Source: Hemiscyllium ocellatum
Lineage: Eukaryota
Length of the DNA stretch: 64,000 nucleotides
Assembly: GCF_020745735.1 (NCBI RefSeq)
Contig: NW_026867602.1
Location: forward strand, 744,001-808,000
Reading direction: 5' to 3'
Of this stretch, positions 22,355 through 37,000 are shown piece by piece. The notes below the pieces were generated by a model. That model was not told the origin of the DNA and did no database searches. It saw only the letters and a list, made by a program, of their open reading frames with translations. Position 1 is the stretch's first letter; every line of letters begins with the position of its first letter. A program made the position numbers and the translations under genes.

Positions 22355-22360
22355 AATAAA
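22355..22360 (+). terminator. Candidate polyadenylation signal of WA
   Basis: AATAAA about 0.9 kb after the predicted stop, followed by a GT/T-rich stretch (gtttggtc...gtttctgg). Confidence 0.45.
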
Positions 22361-22616
22361 GACCAACCGTTTGGTCGGAACGAGGTTTCTGGAGTCTCGT
22401 TGATTTCAGCTCTCACAATCCTGTCAGTATTTTCCACTCCATGTCGATAGCAGCTCACCCCCAGCTTCTCCAGGGGGTGGGGGGACCGGGGAGAAGGGCT
22501 ATAAACTCTCCTCCCACTTAGAAATTGGGAACAGGATCGAGAGAGGGTTGATACCTGACACAGAGACAAGATCTGGGCTCCAAAAAGCCCTCAGTTATTG
22601 TGTCACAGCCTGATAT

Positions 22617-23235
22617 AAAGCTTTCCTTTATTGGTCAGAGTATTGAGTACAGGAGTTGGGAGGTCATGTTGTGGCTGTACAGGACATTGGTTAGGCCACT
22701 GTTGGAATATTGCGTGCAATTCTGGTCTCCTTCCTATCGGAAAGATGTTGTGAAACTTGAAAGGGTTCAGAAAAGATTTACAAGGATGTTGGAGGGTTTG
22801 AGCTACAGGGAGAGGCTGAACAGGCTGGGGCTGTTTTCCCTGGAGCGTCGGAGGCTGAGGGGTGACCTTATAGAGGTTTATAAAATCATGAGGGGCATGG
22901 ATAGGATAAATAGGCAAAGTCTTTTCCCCCTGGGGTGGGGGAGCCCAGAACTAGAGGGGCATAGGTTTAGGGTGAGAGGGGAAAGACATAAAAGAGACCT
23001 AAGGGGCAACTTTTTCCCCCAGAGGGTGGTACGTGTATGGAATGAGCTGCCAGAGGAAGTGGTGGAGGCTGGTACAATGACAACATTTAAGAGGCATTTG
23101 GATGGGTATATGAATAGGAAGGGTTTGGAGGGACATGGGCCGGGTGCTGGCAGCTGGGACTAGATTGGGTTGGGATATCTGAACGGGTTGGACCGAAGGG
23201 TCTGTTTCCGTGCCGTACCCCTCTGTGACTCTGAC
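22617..23235 (+). mobile_element. 5'-truncated CR1-clade LINE (HER1-like) 3' fragment
   Basis: ORF 22600-23163 has the same RT C-terminal motifs. Tail gggttggaccgaagggtctgtttccgtgccgtacc. Confidence 0.9.
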
Positions 23236-23834
23236 CCATAACCCCAAGTTCGTGCCCCTTCATTCGCGCCAACAATCACGAAGCCGCGTCGTTTCGTAAC
23301 TTGGGCCTGATGCCGGGAGTTGGGTTTCTCTTTTGTTTGGCCAGTCTCTCTGGAAACCAAACTCAGAATGTGGTTTCCAACCACACGACTCAAAGGATCG
23401 CAGACTGCCCAGTGACAAAGCTAACCGCAACCACAGCGTGTGTGGCCATGGGGTCACGGGGAGACTCCAGACCAGGTAAACAGCGCCAGGTAAAAGAAGG
23501 CTCCTGGTTATACTCACTGTGTTTCAATTCCACCCCCCTCCCAGGAGGGGGTGGGGGATGGGATTCGAACCCACAGTCCCCACACAGCCACCGGATCGTC
23601 CCCTCCCCGCACATTCGCCACGCCCGGTTTTCGAAGGCGTGCAGGAGGATTTGGAAAGTCCAGGTGGAGGATAGGCCTCACCGTCGGTTCCTCAGCTCCA
23701 GGAGGGACACAGAGGCTTCGCCCTGCAGCACGGTGGAAAAGGCGCTCCTGTCTCTCCTAATGCAAGGTGGTTACAACAAAAGCTTGCATTCCTGTGGAAC
23801 CCTTCATGTTGTCAGCGACACATTGGCTGCGCTG

Positions 23835-24670
23835 AGGCTTTAGCTGCTCTGTAGGCCCGGGATCAGGACTCCTAGTGATGTCCGTGAGGCCTTAACTGTG
23901 CTGTAGGCCTGGGATCGGGACTCCGAGTGATGTCCGTGAGGCTTTAGCTGCTCTGTAGGCCCAGTATCGGGACTTCTAGTGATGTCTGTGAGGCTTTAGC
24001 TGCTCTGTAGGCCCGGGATCGGGACTCCGAGTGATGTCCGTGAGGCTTTAGCTGTGCAGTAGGCCCGATATTGGGACTCCTAGTGATGTCCGTGAGGCTT
24101 TAGCTGCTCTGTAGGCCCGGGATCGGGACTCCTAGTGATGTCCATGACGCTTTAGCTGTGCTGTAGGCCCAGTATCCGGACTCCTAGCGATGTCTGTGAG
24201 GTTTTAGCTGTGCTGTAGGCCCGGGATCGGGACTCCTAGTGATGTCCGTGAGGCTTTAGTTGTGCTGTAGGCCCAGTATTGGGACTCCTAGTGATGTCCG
24301 TGAGGCTTTAGCTGTGCTGTAGGCCCAGTATTGGGACTCCTAGTGATGTCCGTGAGGTTTTAGCTGTGCTGTAGGCCCGGTATCCGTACTCCTAGCGATG
24401 TCCGTGAGGTTTTAGCTGTGCTGTAGGCCCGGTATCCGTACTCCTAGTGATGTCCGTGAGGCTTTAGCTGCTCTGTAGGCCCGATATCGGGACTCCTAGT
24501 GATGTCCGTGAGGCTTTAGCTGCTCTGTAGGCCCGGGATCGGGACTCCTAGTGATGTCCATGAGGCTTTAGCTGCGCTGTAGGCCCGGGATCGGGACTCC
24601 TAGCGATGTCCATGAGGCTTTAGCTGTGCAGTAGGCCCAGTATCCGGACTCCTAGCGATGCCTGTGAGAC
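23835..24670 (+). repeat. 51-bp minisatellite, about 16 copies
   Basis: Unit gtgaggctttagctgtgctgtaggcccgggatcgggactcctagtgatgtcc. Confidence 0.95.
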
Positions 24671-24699
24671 GTTCCCTGAATGGTAGGCCCGGGAGCCTA

Positions 24700-24810
24700 T
24701 GTTTGAACGGGACGGATTTAGAGGAGATAGGGTCTGGCTGGCTGGCTGGCTCTTTGGGGGTCCGGTACGGACACGATGGGCCAAAGGGCCTTCTTGGCAA
24801 CCGTGAAATT
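24700..24810 (+). mobile_element. Short degenerate LINE/SINE 3' tail
   Basis: ggtacggacacgatgggccaaagggccttctt resembles the tail of the other LINE copies in the window. Confidence 0.45.
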
Positions 24811-25403
24811 CTATCCCTGTCCCGTCCCAGAGAACACCAGGATGGTCAATGACCACGCTGCGCGCTGCGACATGACACTTCGGAAGGAATATGGCCGTCA
24901 ACGCCAGGCCATCCCTCGAACGGGCAACGGGGTTGGTGGGGTGAGGTGGTGATGGTCAGGTGTGTGTGTGTGTGTGGATGTGGGGGGCAGGAGGAGGGGG
25001 AGGGGTTTGCTTGTGACTGGTCCTGAACGAGGGCATGGCTGCTTTGGAACTCTGTAACTAGGCCACAGAACATGGCTGTGGTTTCCTGTCACCTCATCTG
25101 CTTCAGATACAGCAGCACCTCGCCACTCTCAGGGTCACACCTCAAACACGTCTCTCTCTCTGTGGCTCTCAGCCCTTCCCCAACACCAACAGGCCCCGTT
25201 CACCAACAGCACGCTTTCCCCCCTTCCCAACTGTGTGCACTCCCTGGTCAGATCCAACAGCTGCGGAAATGGTAGGGGCCTTTACAATCTCCCCCTCCCC
25301 TCTCCACCCTCCACCAACCCACCCTGCCCCCACCAGCCAGAACCTCTCCCCCAGCCCCCACATCTCTTGCGGTTGACGTGTGATTTTCAAAATGTTGACA
25401 GTT

Positions 25404-25404
<1 letters not shown>

Positions 25405-25443
<39 letters not shown>

Positions 25444-26300
25444 TGGGGTGGGGGAGAGGGGCGTTGCTGGCACGTGGACNNNNNNNNNNNNNNNNNNNNN
25501 NNNNNNNNNNNNNNNNNNNNNNNNNNNNNNNNNNNNNNNNNNNNNNNNNNNNNNNNNNNNNNNNNNNNNNNNNNNNNNNNNNNNNNNNNNNNNNNNNNNN
25601 NNNNNNNNNNNNNNNNNNNNNNNNNNNNNNNNNNNNNNNNNNNNNNNNNNNNNNNNNNNNNNNNNNNNNNNNNNNNNNNNNNNNNNNNNNNNNNNNNNNN
25701 NNNNNNNNNNNNNNNNNNNNNNNNNNNNNNNNNNNNNNAGCGAGAAACAGAGAGAGCGAGAAACAGAGAGAGGAGAGAGAGACAGACAGACAGAGAGAGA
25801 CACAGAGAGAGAGAGAGAGACAGAGAGAGAGGGGGGGATTTGGAAGGGATTCCGAGAGAGAGAGAGCGAGAGATAGATTTAGCGATCAAATAAATGAGGA
25901 AATGAGAGAAAGTGAGACTGAGAGCGCTCAAAGACAGACAGAGTGATAGAAATGTAGATAGAGTCAGAGAGAAGGATTTGGAAAGGATTCACAGAGAGAG
26001 GGAGACAGACAGAGACTGATAGATTTGGAGATCAAACAAACAACATAACAGCAGAGGGAGTACAGAGACGGGCAGAGTGAGAGAGGGGAGAGAGAGATCT
26101 CGGAAGGGAATTGAATAGACAGAGAGAGAGAGAGGTAAACTCAGCAAACAGTGTCATGACAGAGGAAGAGAGAGCGAGCGAATTTAAGAAGATATAAAGA
26201 TACAAGAGAGTGAAAGAACACAGACGGAGGAAGGTGTATTGAGAGGAGGGAAAGGAGAGGAGCAGAGACCGGAGGAGGGAGGCAGAGAGAGAGAGGACAG
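25405..26300 (+). repeat. (GA)n-rich low-complexity region with an N gap
   Basis: Direct inspection. Confidence 0.85.
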
Positions 26301-26608
26301 TGGGCACCTTCAGGAAGGGAGCAGGGAGTGACAGGTGTAAAAGGGGGTTTGGAAAGTTACAGGGAAATCCAGGGCTAGAGGAAGGAAGGGGGGTAGTGGA
26401 CGGAGACGGAGATAGAGAGAGAGGGGCTGAGTGGGTGGTAGAGAGCTGCAACTCTGGACTGGTTGGCGAGATCTCCAGGAGTTGAAAACAGCCGACAATC
26501 TACAGAGGGGTGGGGAAAACGGGGTGGGGTGTGTTCTCAATGGAGGGACTCCACCTGAAGTGCTGATCAGGAAATCGCTCCCATCCGATCCCTCCATCTC
26601 AGCACTGA

Positions 26609-26640
26609 GGGCGGGTCCTCATTGGAAAGCCAACAGGAAA
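26609..26640 (+). promoter_or_regulatory. Candidate promoter cluster: GC box, inverted CCAAT and Ets site
   Basis: GGGCGG 26609-14, ATTGG 26621-25 and CAGGAAA 26634-40 within 32 bp, upstream of the ATG at 26747. Confidence 0.35.
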
Positions 26641-26746
26641 CGTGTCTCCTTCCCCAGCCTGTCCCCATCTCCCACCGCGTCGACTGACCGGGGAGGGACA
26701 GAGACAGAGACTGAGACGCAGCGTGGGACAAGGGGACAATCTGCAA

Positions 26747-26780
26747 ATGAATCCGAACCCAAACACCGGGGATTGTAAAG
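26747..26780 (+). CDS. Candidate exon 1 of a small transmembrane adaptor gene (MNPNPNTGDCK-)
   Basis: ATG at 26747 and a strong phase-1 donor AAAG|GTACGT at 26780/81. A GC box, CCAAT and Ets motif lie 110-140 bp upstream. Phase matches the TM exon at 51918/51927. Confidence 0.45.
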
Positions 26781-27210
26781 GTACGTGGTGGAGAATGTGT
26801 CAATTCCGGGGCAGGGAGAGAGTCTGGAAGAGGGAACCCGGGCTCTTCCCAGGGAGTGGGGGGAGGGGGAGTGGGGGGAGAGAGGGAGTGGGTTTGGAAG
26901 GTGCTGTCGGAGGAGTTTTGGTGAGTCTCTGCAGTCTGTCCCTCTGTGTCGGTGTTGGAGCTCAGCCGAGCATTCCTAATGAGACCAGCTACCTCAGGGG
27001 TGGGAGGGAGGGAATATTGGAGCTCAGCCGAGCATTCCTAATGATCCCAGCTCCCTCAGGGCGGGAGGGAGGGAGTGTTGATGATGGCGGTTAACGTGTC
27101 GATCAAGGTGGGAAGATTTGCTTTGTCCTGGAGCTGCTCAAGTGTTGTTAGAGCTGAGCCCATCCAATCACGTGGCCAGATTTCCCTCCCCCTCCTGACT
27201 TGGGCCTTGT

Positions 27211-27720
27211 TGATGGTGGGACAGGGCTTTGGGGGAGAGTCAGGAGGGGAGTTACTCGCTGCAGGATTCCCAGCCTCTGACCCGATGGTGGGACAGGGCT
27301 TTGGTGGGAGAGTCAGGAGGGGAGTTACTCGCTGCAGGATTCCCAGCCTCTGACCCGATGGTGGGACAGGGCTTTGGTGGGAGAGTCAGGAGGGGGGTTA
27401 CTCGCTGCAGGATTCCCAGCCTCTGACCCGATGGTGGGATAGGGCTTTGGGGGAGAGTCAGGAGGGGAGTTACTCGCTGCAGGATTCCCAGCCTCTGACC
27501 CGATGGTGGGACAGGGCTTTGGTGGGAGAGTCAGGAGGGGAGTTACTCGCTGCAGGATTCCCAGCCTCTGACCCGATGGTGGGACAGGGCTTTGGTGGGA
27601 GAGTCAGGAGGGGAGTTACTCGCTGCAGGATTCCCAGCCTCTGACCCGATAGTGGGACAGGGCTTTGTGGGGAGAGTCAGGAGGGGAGTTACTCGCTGCA
27701 GGATACCCAGCCTCTGACCT
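27211..27720 (+). repeat. 72-73 bp tandem repeat, about 7 copies
   Basis: Unit tggtgggacagggctttgg(t)gggagagtcaggaggggagttactcgctgcaggattcccagcctctgacccga. Confidence 0.95.
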
Positions 27721-28071
27721 GCTCTTGTCAGTGTAACTTGTTGGTCTGTTTGAGTTTCTGATCAGTGTGGACTATGGCCCCCACTTGCACCTCGGTGATG
27801 ATAGTATTGCTGAATTGCCTGGGGAGGTGGCATGTTGGAGGGGGTTATTGCCTGGTACCGTGATGGCAAAAATGCCACCGGTAACCAGCAGGGTGGCAGA
27901 TTCATCAGGAACTCTCATTATCAAATACATCTGAAAGAGACAAGGGGTGAGGAGAGGAACACGCTGAGCAACTGTGAATTCTACCAGGAAGGCAGGATCG
28001 TTCATAATTAGAGCGAGATAGAAAGTGACATTAAACATGGGTACCTTGTATCCAACAGGATGGAAACGCAG

Positions 28072-31000
28072 GAAACCCAAATTCAGGAAGGGAACAGCAA
28101 TTTATACAGCATCAGGGCTGAGATGTAAGGGACCCAAATTCAGGAAGGGAACAACAATTTATACAGCATCACGACTGAGATGCAAGGAACCCAAATTCAG
28201 GAAGGGAACAACAATTTATACAGTATCAGGACTGAGATGTAAGGGACCCAAATTCAGGAAGGGAACAACAATTTATACAGCATCAGGACTGAGATGTAAG
28301 GGACCCAAATTCAGGAAGGGAACAACAATTTATACAGCATCAGGACTGAGATGTAAGGAACCCAAATTCAGGAAGGGAACAACAATTTATACAGCATCAG
28401 GACTGAGGTGGAAGGGACCCAAATTCAGGAAGGGAACAACAATTTATACAGCGTCTAGACTGAGGTGTAAGGGACCCAAATTCAGGAAGGGAACAACAAT
28501 TTATACAGCATCAGGACTGAGATGTAAGGAACCCAAATTCAGGAAGGGAACAACAATTTATACAGCATCAGGACTGAGATGTAAGGGACCCAAATTCAGG
28601 AAGGGAACAACAATTTATACAGCATCAGGGCTGAGATGTAAGAACCCAAATTCAGGAAGGGAACAACAATTTATACAGCATCAGGACTGAGATGTAAGGG
28701 ACCCAAATTCAGGAAGGGAACAATAATTTATACAGCATCAGGGCTGAGATGTAAGGAACCCAAATTCAGGAAGGGAACAACAATTTATACAGCATCAGGA
28801 CTGAGATGTAAGGAACCCAAATTCAGGAAGGGAACAACAATTTATACAGCATCAGGGCTGAGATGTAAGGAACCCAAATTCAGGAAGGGAACAACAACTT
28901 ATACAGCATCTGGACTGAGGTGTAAGGGACCCAAATTCAGGAAGGGATCAGCAATTTATACAGCATCAGCACTGAGATGTAAGAAACCCAAAGTCATAAT
29001 GGCAACTGCAATTTATACAGCATCAGGACTGAGATGTAAGGAACTCAAATTCAGGAAGGGAACAACAATATATACAGCATCAGGTCTGAGGTGTAAGGAA
29101 CCCAAATACAGGAAGGGAACAGCAATTTATACAGCATCAGGACTGAGATGTAAGGAACCCAAATTCAGGAAGGGAACAACAATTTATACAGCATCAGGAC
29201 CAAGGTGTAAGGGACCCAAATTCAGGAAGGGAACAACAATTTATACAGCATCAGGACTGAGATGTAAGAACCCCAAATTCAGGAAGGGAACAACAATTTA
29301 TACAGCATCAGGACTGAGATGTAAGGAACCCAAATTCAGGAAGGGAACAACAATTTATACAGCATCAGGACTGAGATGTAAGTAACCCAAATTCAGGAAG
29401 GGAACAACAATATATACAGCATCAGGACTGAGGTGTAAGTAACCCAAATTCAGGAAGGGAACAACAATTTATACAGCATCAGGACTGAGATGTAAGTAAC
29501 CCAAATTCAGGAAGGGAACAACAATATATACAGCATCAGGACTGAGATGTAAGGAACCCAAATTCAGGAAGGGAACAACAATTTATGCAGCATCAGGACT
29601 GAGGTGTAAGGAACCCAAATACAGGAAGGGAACAGCAATTTATACAGTATCAGGACTGAGATCTAAAGGACCCAAATTCAGGAAGGGAACAACAATTTAT
29701 ACAGCATCAGGACTGAGATGTAAGTAACCCAAATTCAGGAAGGGAACAACAATTTATACAGCATCAGGACTGAGATCTAAAGGACCCAAATTCAGGAAGG
29801 GAACAACAATTTATACAGCATCAGGACTGAGATCTAAAGGACCCAAATTCAGGAAGGGAACAACAATTTATACAGCATCAGGACTGAGATGTAAGGGACC
29901 CAAATTCAGGAAGGGAACAACAATTTATACAGCATCAGGACTGAGATGTAAGGAACCCAAATTCAGGAAGGGAACAACAATTTATACAGCATCAGGACTG
30001 AGATGTAAGGGACCCAAATTCAGGAAGGGAACAACAATTTATACAGCATCTGGACTGAGGTGTAAGGGACCCAAATTCAGGAAGGTAACAACAATTTATA
30101 CAGCATCAGGACTGAGATGTAAGGGACCCAAATTCAGGAAGGTAACAACAATTTATACAGCATCAGGGCTGAGATGTAAGGAAACCAAATTCAGGAAGGG
30201 AACAACAATTTATACAGCATCAGGACTGAGGTGTAAGAACCACAAATTCAGGAAGGGAACAACAATTTATACAGCATCACGACTGAGATGTAAGGGGCCC
30301 AAAGTCATAAAGGGAACCACAATTTATACAGCATCAGGACTGAGATGTCAGTAACCCAAATTCAGGAAGGGAACAACAATTTATACAGCGTCTACACAGA
30401 GGTGTAAGGAACCCAAATTCAGGAAGGGAACAACAATTTATACAGCGTCAGGGCTGAGATGTAAGGGACCCAAATTCAGGAAGGGAACAACAATTTATAC
30501 AGCGTCAGGGCTGAGATGTAAGGAACCCAAATTCAGGAAGGGAACAACAATTTATACAGCATCAGGACTGAGATGTAAGGGACCCAAATTCAGGAAGGGA
30601 ACAACAATTTATACAGCATCAGGACTGAGATATAAGTAACCCAAATTGAGGAAGGGAACAACAATTTATACAGCATCAGGACTGAGGTGTAAGGAACCCA
30701 AATACAGGAAGGGAACAGCAATTCATACAGTATCAGGACTGAGATGTAAGGGACCCAAGGTCAGGAAGGGAACAACAATTTATACAGCATCAGGACTGAG
30801 ATGTGAGGAACCCAAATTCAGGAAGGGAACAACAATTTATACAGCATCAGGACTAAGGTGTTAGGGACCCAAATTCAGGAAGGGAACAACAATTTATACA
30901 GCATCAGGACTGAGGTGTAAGGAACCCAAATTCAGGAAGGGAACAACAATTTATACAGCATCAGGACTGAGATATCAGTAACCCAAATTCAGGAAGGGAA

Positions 31001-34000
31001 CAAAAATGTATACAGCATCAGGGCTGAGATGTAAGGAAACCAAATTCAGGAAGGGAACAACAATTTATACAGCATCAGGACTGAGATGTAAGAATCCCAA
31101 ATTCAGGAAGGGAACAACAATTTATACAGCATCAGAGCTGAGATGTAAGGGACCCAAATTCAGGAAGGGAACAACAATTTATACAGCATCAGGACTGAGA
31201 TGTAAGGAACCCAAATTCAGGAAGGGAACAGCAATTTATACAGCATCAGGACTGAGGTGTAAGGGACCCAAATTCAGGAAGGGAACAACAATTTATACAG
31301 CATCAGGACTGAGATGTGAGGAACCCAAATTCAGGAAGGGAACAACAATTTATACAGCATCAGGACTAAGGTGTTAGTGACCCAAATTCAGGAAGGGAAC
31401 AACAATTTATACAGCATCAGGGCTGAGATGTAAGGAACCCAAATTCAGGAAGGGAACAACAATTTATACAGCATCAGGGCTGAGATGTAAGGAAAACAAA
31501 TTCAGGAAGTGAACAACAATTTATACAGCATCTGGACTGAGATGTAAGGAATCCAAATTCAGGAAGGGAACAACAATTTTTACTGCATCAGGGCTGAGAT
31601 GTAAGGAACCCAAAATCAGGAACGGAACAGCAATTTATACAGCATCAACACTGAGATGTAAGGGACTCAAATTCAGGAAGGGAACAACAATTTATACAGC
31701 ATCAGGACTGAGATGTAAGGGACCCAAATTCAGGAAGGGAACAATAATTTATACAGCATCAGGACTGAGTTGTAAGAAACCCAAAGTCATAAAGGGAACT
31801 GCAATTTATACAGCATCAGGAGTCAGATGTAAGGAACCCAAATTCAGGAAGGTAACAACAATTTATACAGCATCAGGACTGAGATGTAAGGAACCCAAAT
31901 TCAGGAAGGGAACAACAATTTATACAGCATCAGGGCTGAGATGTAAGGAACCCAAATTCAGGAAGGGAACAACAATTTATACAGCATCAGGACTGAGATG
32001 TAAGGGACCCAAATTCAGGAAGGGAACAACAATATATACAGCATCAGGGCTGAGATGTAAGGAACCCAAATTCAGGAAGGGAACAACAATTTATACAGCA
32101 TCAGGACTGAGGTGTAAGGAAACCAAATTCAGGAAGGGAACAACAATTTATACAGCATCAGGGCTGAGGTGTAAGGGACCCAAATTCAGGAAGGGAACAA
32201 CAATTTATACAGCATCAGGACTGAGGTGTAAGGAACCCAAATTCAGGAAGGGAACAACAATTTATACAGCATCAGGACTGAGATATAAGGAACCCAAATT
32301 CAGGAAGGGAACAACAATTTATACAGTATCAGGGCAGAGATATAAGTAACCCAAATTCAGGAAGGGAACAACAATTTATACAGCATCAGGACTGAGATGT
32401 AAGGAACCCAAATTCAGGAAGGGAACAGCAATTTATACAGCATCAGGACTGAGATGTAAGGAACCCAAATTCAGGAAGGGAACAACAATATATACAGCAT
32501 CAGGGCTGAGATGTAAGGAACCCAAATTCAGGAAGGGAACAACAATTTATACAGCATCAGGGCTGAGATGTAAGGAACCCAAATTCAGGAAGGGAACCAC
32601 AATTTATACAGCATCAGGACTGAGATGTAAGGAACCCAAATTCAGGAAGGGAACAACAATTTACACAGCATCAGGACTGAGATGTAAGGAACCCAAATTC
32701 AGGAAGGGAACAACAATTTATACAGCATCAGACTGAGGTGGAAGGACCCCAAATTCAGGAAGGGAACAACAATTTATACAGCATCAGGGCTGAGGTGTAA
32801 GGGACCCAAATTCAGGAAGGGAACAACAATTTATACAGCATCAGGATTGAGATATAAGGAACCCAAATTCAGGAAGGGCACAACCATTTATACAGCATCA
32901 GGGCTGTGATGTAAGGAACCCAAATTCAGGAAGGGAACCACAATTTATACAGCATCAGGACTGAGATGGAAGGAACCCAAATTCAGGAAGGGAACAACAA
33001 TTTATACAGCATCAGGACTGAAATGTGAGGAACCCAAATTCAGGAAGGGAACAACAATTTATACAGCATCAGGACTGAGATGTAAGGGACCCAAATTCAG
33101 GAAGGGAACAACAATTTATACAGCATCAGGACTGAGATGTAAGGAACCCAAATTCAGGAAGGGAACAACAATTTATACAGAATCAGGACTGAGATGTAAG
33201 GAACCCAAATTCAGGAAGGGAACAACAATTTATGCAGCGTCTAGACTGAGGTGTAAGGAACCCAAATTCAGGAAGGGAACAACAATTTATACAGCGTCTA
33301 GACTGAGGTGTAAGGAACCCAAATTCAGGAAGGGAACAGCAATTTATACAGCATCAGGACTGAGATGTAAGGGACCCAAATTCAGGAAGGGAACAGGAAT
33401 TTATACAGCATCAGGACTGAGATGTTAGGAACTCAAATTCAGGAAGGGAAGAGGAATTTATACAGGATCAGGACTGAGATGTAAGGGACCCAAATTCAGG
33501 AAGGGAACAACAATTTATACAGCATCAGGACTGAGGTGTAAGAACCCAAATTCAGGAAGGGAACAACAATTTATACAGCATCACGACTGAGATGTAAGGG
33601 ACCCAAATTGAGGAAGGGAACAACAATTTATACAGCATCACGACTGAGATGTAAGAGGCCCAAAGTCATAAAGGGAACCACAATTTATACAGCGTCCAGA
33701 CAGAGGTGTAAGGAACCCAAATTCAGGAAGGGAACAACAATTTATACAGCATCAGGACTGAGGTGTAAGAACCCCAAATTCAGGAAGGGAACAACAATTT
33801 ATACAGCATCACGACTGAGATGTAAGGGACCCAAATTCAGGAAGGGAACAACAATTTATACAGCATCAGGGCTGAGATGTAAGGAAACCAAATTCAGGAA
33901 GGGAACAATAATTTATACAGCGTCTACACAGAGGTGTAAGGAACCCAAATGCAGGAAGGGAACAACAATTTATACAGCGTCAGGGCTGAGATGTAAGGGA

Positions 34001-37000
34001 CCCAAATTCAGGAAGGGAACAACAATATATACAGCGTCAGGGCTGAGATGTAAGGAACCCAAATTCAGGAAGGGAACAACAATTTATACAGCATCAGGAC
34101 TGAGATGTAAGGGACCCAAATTCAGGAAGGGAACCGCAATTTATACAGCATCAGGACTGAGATGTAAGGAACCCAAATTCAGGAAGGGAACAACAATTTA
34201 TACAGCATCAGGACTGAGATGCAAGGAACCCAAATTCAGGAAGGGAACAACAATTTATACAGCATCAGGACTGAGATGTAAGGGACCCAAATTCAGGAAG
34301 GGAACAACAATTTATACAGCATCAGGACTGAGATGTAAGGGACCCAAATTCAGGAAGGGAACAGCAATTTATACAGCATCAGGACTGAGGTGTAAGGGAC
34401 CCAAATTCAGGAAGGGAACAACAATTTATGCAGCGTCTAGACTGAGGTGTAAGGAACCCAAATTCAGGAAGGGAACAACAATTTATACAGCATCAGGACT
34501 AAGGTGTTAGGGACCCAAATTCAGGAAGGGAACAACAATTTATACAGCATCAGGGCTGAGATGTAAGGAAACCAAATTCAGGAAGGGAACAACAATTTGT
34601 ACAGCATCAGGGCTGAGATGTAAGGAAACCAAATTCAGGAAGTGAACAACAATTTATACAGCATCTGGACTGAGATGTAAGGAATCCAAATTCAGGAAGG
34701 GAACAAAAATTTTTACTGCATCAGGGCTGAGATGTAAGGAACCCAAAATCAGGAAGGGATCAGCAATTTATACAGCATCAGCACTGAGATGTTAGGGACT
34801 CAAATTCAGGAAGGGAACAACAATTTATACAGCATCAGGACTGAGATGTAAGGGACCCAAATTCAGGAAGGGAACAATAATTTATACAGCATCAGGACTG
34901 TGTTGTAAGAAACCCAAAGTCATAAAGGGAACTGCAATTTATACAGCATCAGGAGTCAGATGTAAGGAACCCAAATTCAGGAAGGGAACAACAATTTATA
35001 CAGCATCTAGACTGAGATGTAAGGAACCCAAATTCAGGAAGGGAACAACAATTTATACAGCATCAGGGCTGAGATGTAAGGGACCCAAATTCAGGAAGGG
35101 AACCGCAATTTATACAGCATCAGGACTGAGATGTAAGGAACCCAAATTCAGGAAGTGAACAACAATTTATACAGCATCAGGACTGAGATGTAAGGAACCC
35201 AAATTCAGGAAGGGAACAACAATTTATACAGCATTAGGGCTGAGATGTAAGTAACCCAAATTCAGGAAGGGAACAACAATTTATACAGCATCAGGGCTGA
35301 GATCTAAGGGACACAAATTCAGGAAGGGAACAACAATTTATACAGCATCAGGACTGAGATGTAAGGAACCCAAATTCAGGAAGGGAACAACAATTTATAC
35401 AGCATCAGGACTGAGATGTAAGGAACCCAAATTCAGGAAGGGAACAACAATTTATACAGCATCAGGACTGAGATGTAAGGAACCCAAATTCAGGAAGGGA
35501 ACAACAATTTATACAGCATCAGGACTGAGATGTAAGGAACCCAAATTCAGGAAGGGAACAACAATATATACAGCATCAGGACTGAGATGGAAGGAACTCA
35601 AATTCAGGAAGGGAACAACAATTTATACAGCATCAGGGCTGAGATGTGAGGAACCCAAATTCAGGAACGGAACAGCAATTTATACAGCATCAGGGCTGAG
35701 ATGTAAGGGACCCAAATTCAGGAAGGGAACAACAATTTATACAGCATCAGGACTGAGCTGTAAGGGACCCAAATTCAGGAAGGGAACAACAATTTATACA
35801 GCATCAGGACTGAGATGTAAGGAACCCAAATTCAGGAAGGGAACAACAATTTATACAGCATCAGGACTGAGATGTAAGGGACCCAAATTCAGGAAGGGAA
35901 TAACAATTTATACAGCATCAGGACTGAGATGTAAGGGACCCAAATTCAGGAAGGGAACAACAATTTATACAGCATCAGGACTGAGATGTAAGGAACCCAA
36001 ATTCAGGAAGGGAACAACAATATATACAGCATCAGGGCTGAGATGTAAGGAACCCAAATTCAGGAAGGGAACAACAATTTATACAGCATCAGGACTGAGG
36101 TGTAAGGAAACCAAATTCAGGAAGGGAACAACAATTTATACAGCATCAGGGCTGAGGTGTAAGGGACCCAAATTCAGGAAGGGAACAACAATTTATACAG
36201 CATCAGGGCTGAGGTGTAAGGGACCCAAATTCAGGAAGGGAACAACAATTTATACAGCATCAGGACTGAGATGTAAGGGACCCAAATTCAGGAAGGGCAC
36301 AACCATTTATACAGCATCAGGGCTGTGATGTAAGGAACCCAAAATCAGGAAGGGAACAACAATTTATACAGCATCAGGACTGAGATGTAAGGAACTCAAA
36401 TTCAGGAAGGGAACAACAGTTTATACAGCATCAGGGCTGAGATGTAAGGGACCCAAATTCAGGAAGGGAAAAACAATTTATACAGCATCAGGACTGAGAT
36501 GTAAGGAACCCAAATTCAGGAAGGGAACAACAATTTATGCAGCGTCTAGACTGAGGTGTAAGGAACCCAAATTCAGGAAGGGAACAACAATTTATACAGC
36601 GTCTAGACTGAGGTGTAAGGAACCCAAATTCAGGAAGGGAACAGCAATTTATACAGCATCAGGACTGAGATGTAAGGGACCCAAATTCAGGAAGGGAACA
36701 GGAATTTATACAGCATCAGGACTGAGATGTTAGGAACTCAAATTCAGGAAGGGAAGAGGAATTTATACAGGATCAGGACTGAGATGTAAGGGACCCAAAT
36801 TCAGGAAGGGAACAACAATTTATACAGCACCAGGACTGAGGTGTAAGAACCCAAATTCAGGAAGGGAACAACAATTTATACAGCATCACGACTGAGATGT
36901 AAGGGACCCAAATTGAGGAAGGGAACAGCAATTTATACAGCATCAGGACTGAGATGTAAGGAACCCAAATTCAGGAAGGGAACAACAATTTATACAGCAT

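Noticed and set aside
23160-23843. Overlapping ORFs between the LINE and the 51-bp repeat
   Set aside because: No recognisable domain, no coherent splice signals, and partly LINE tail.
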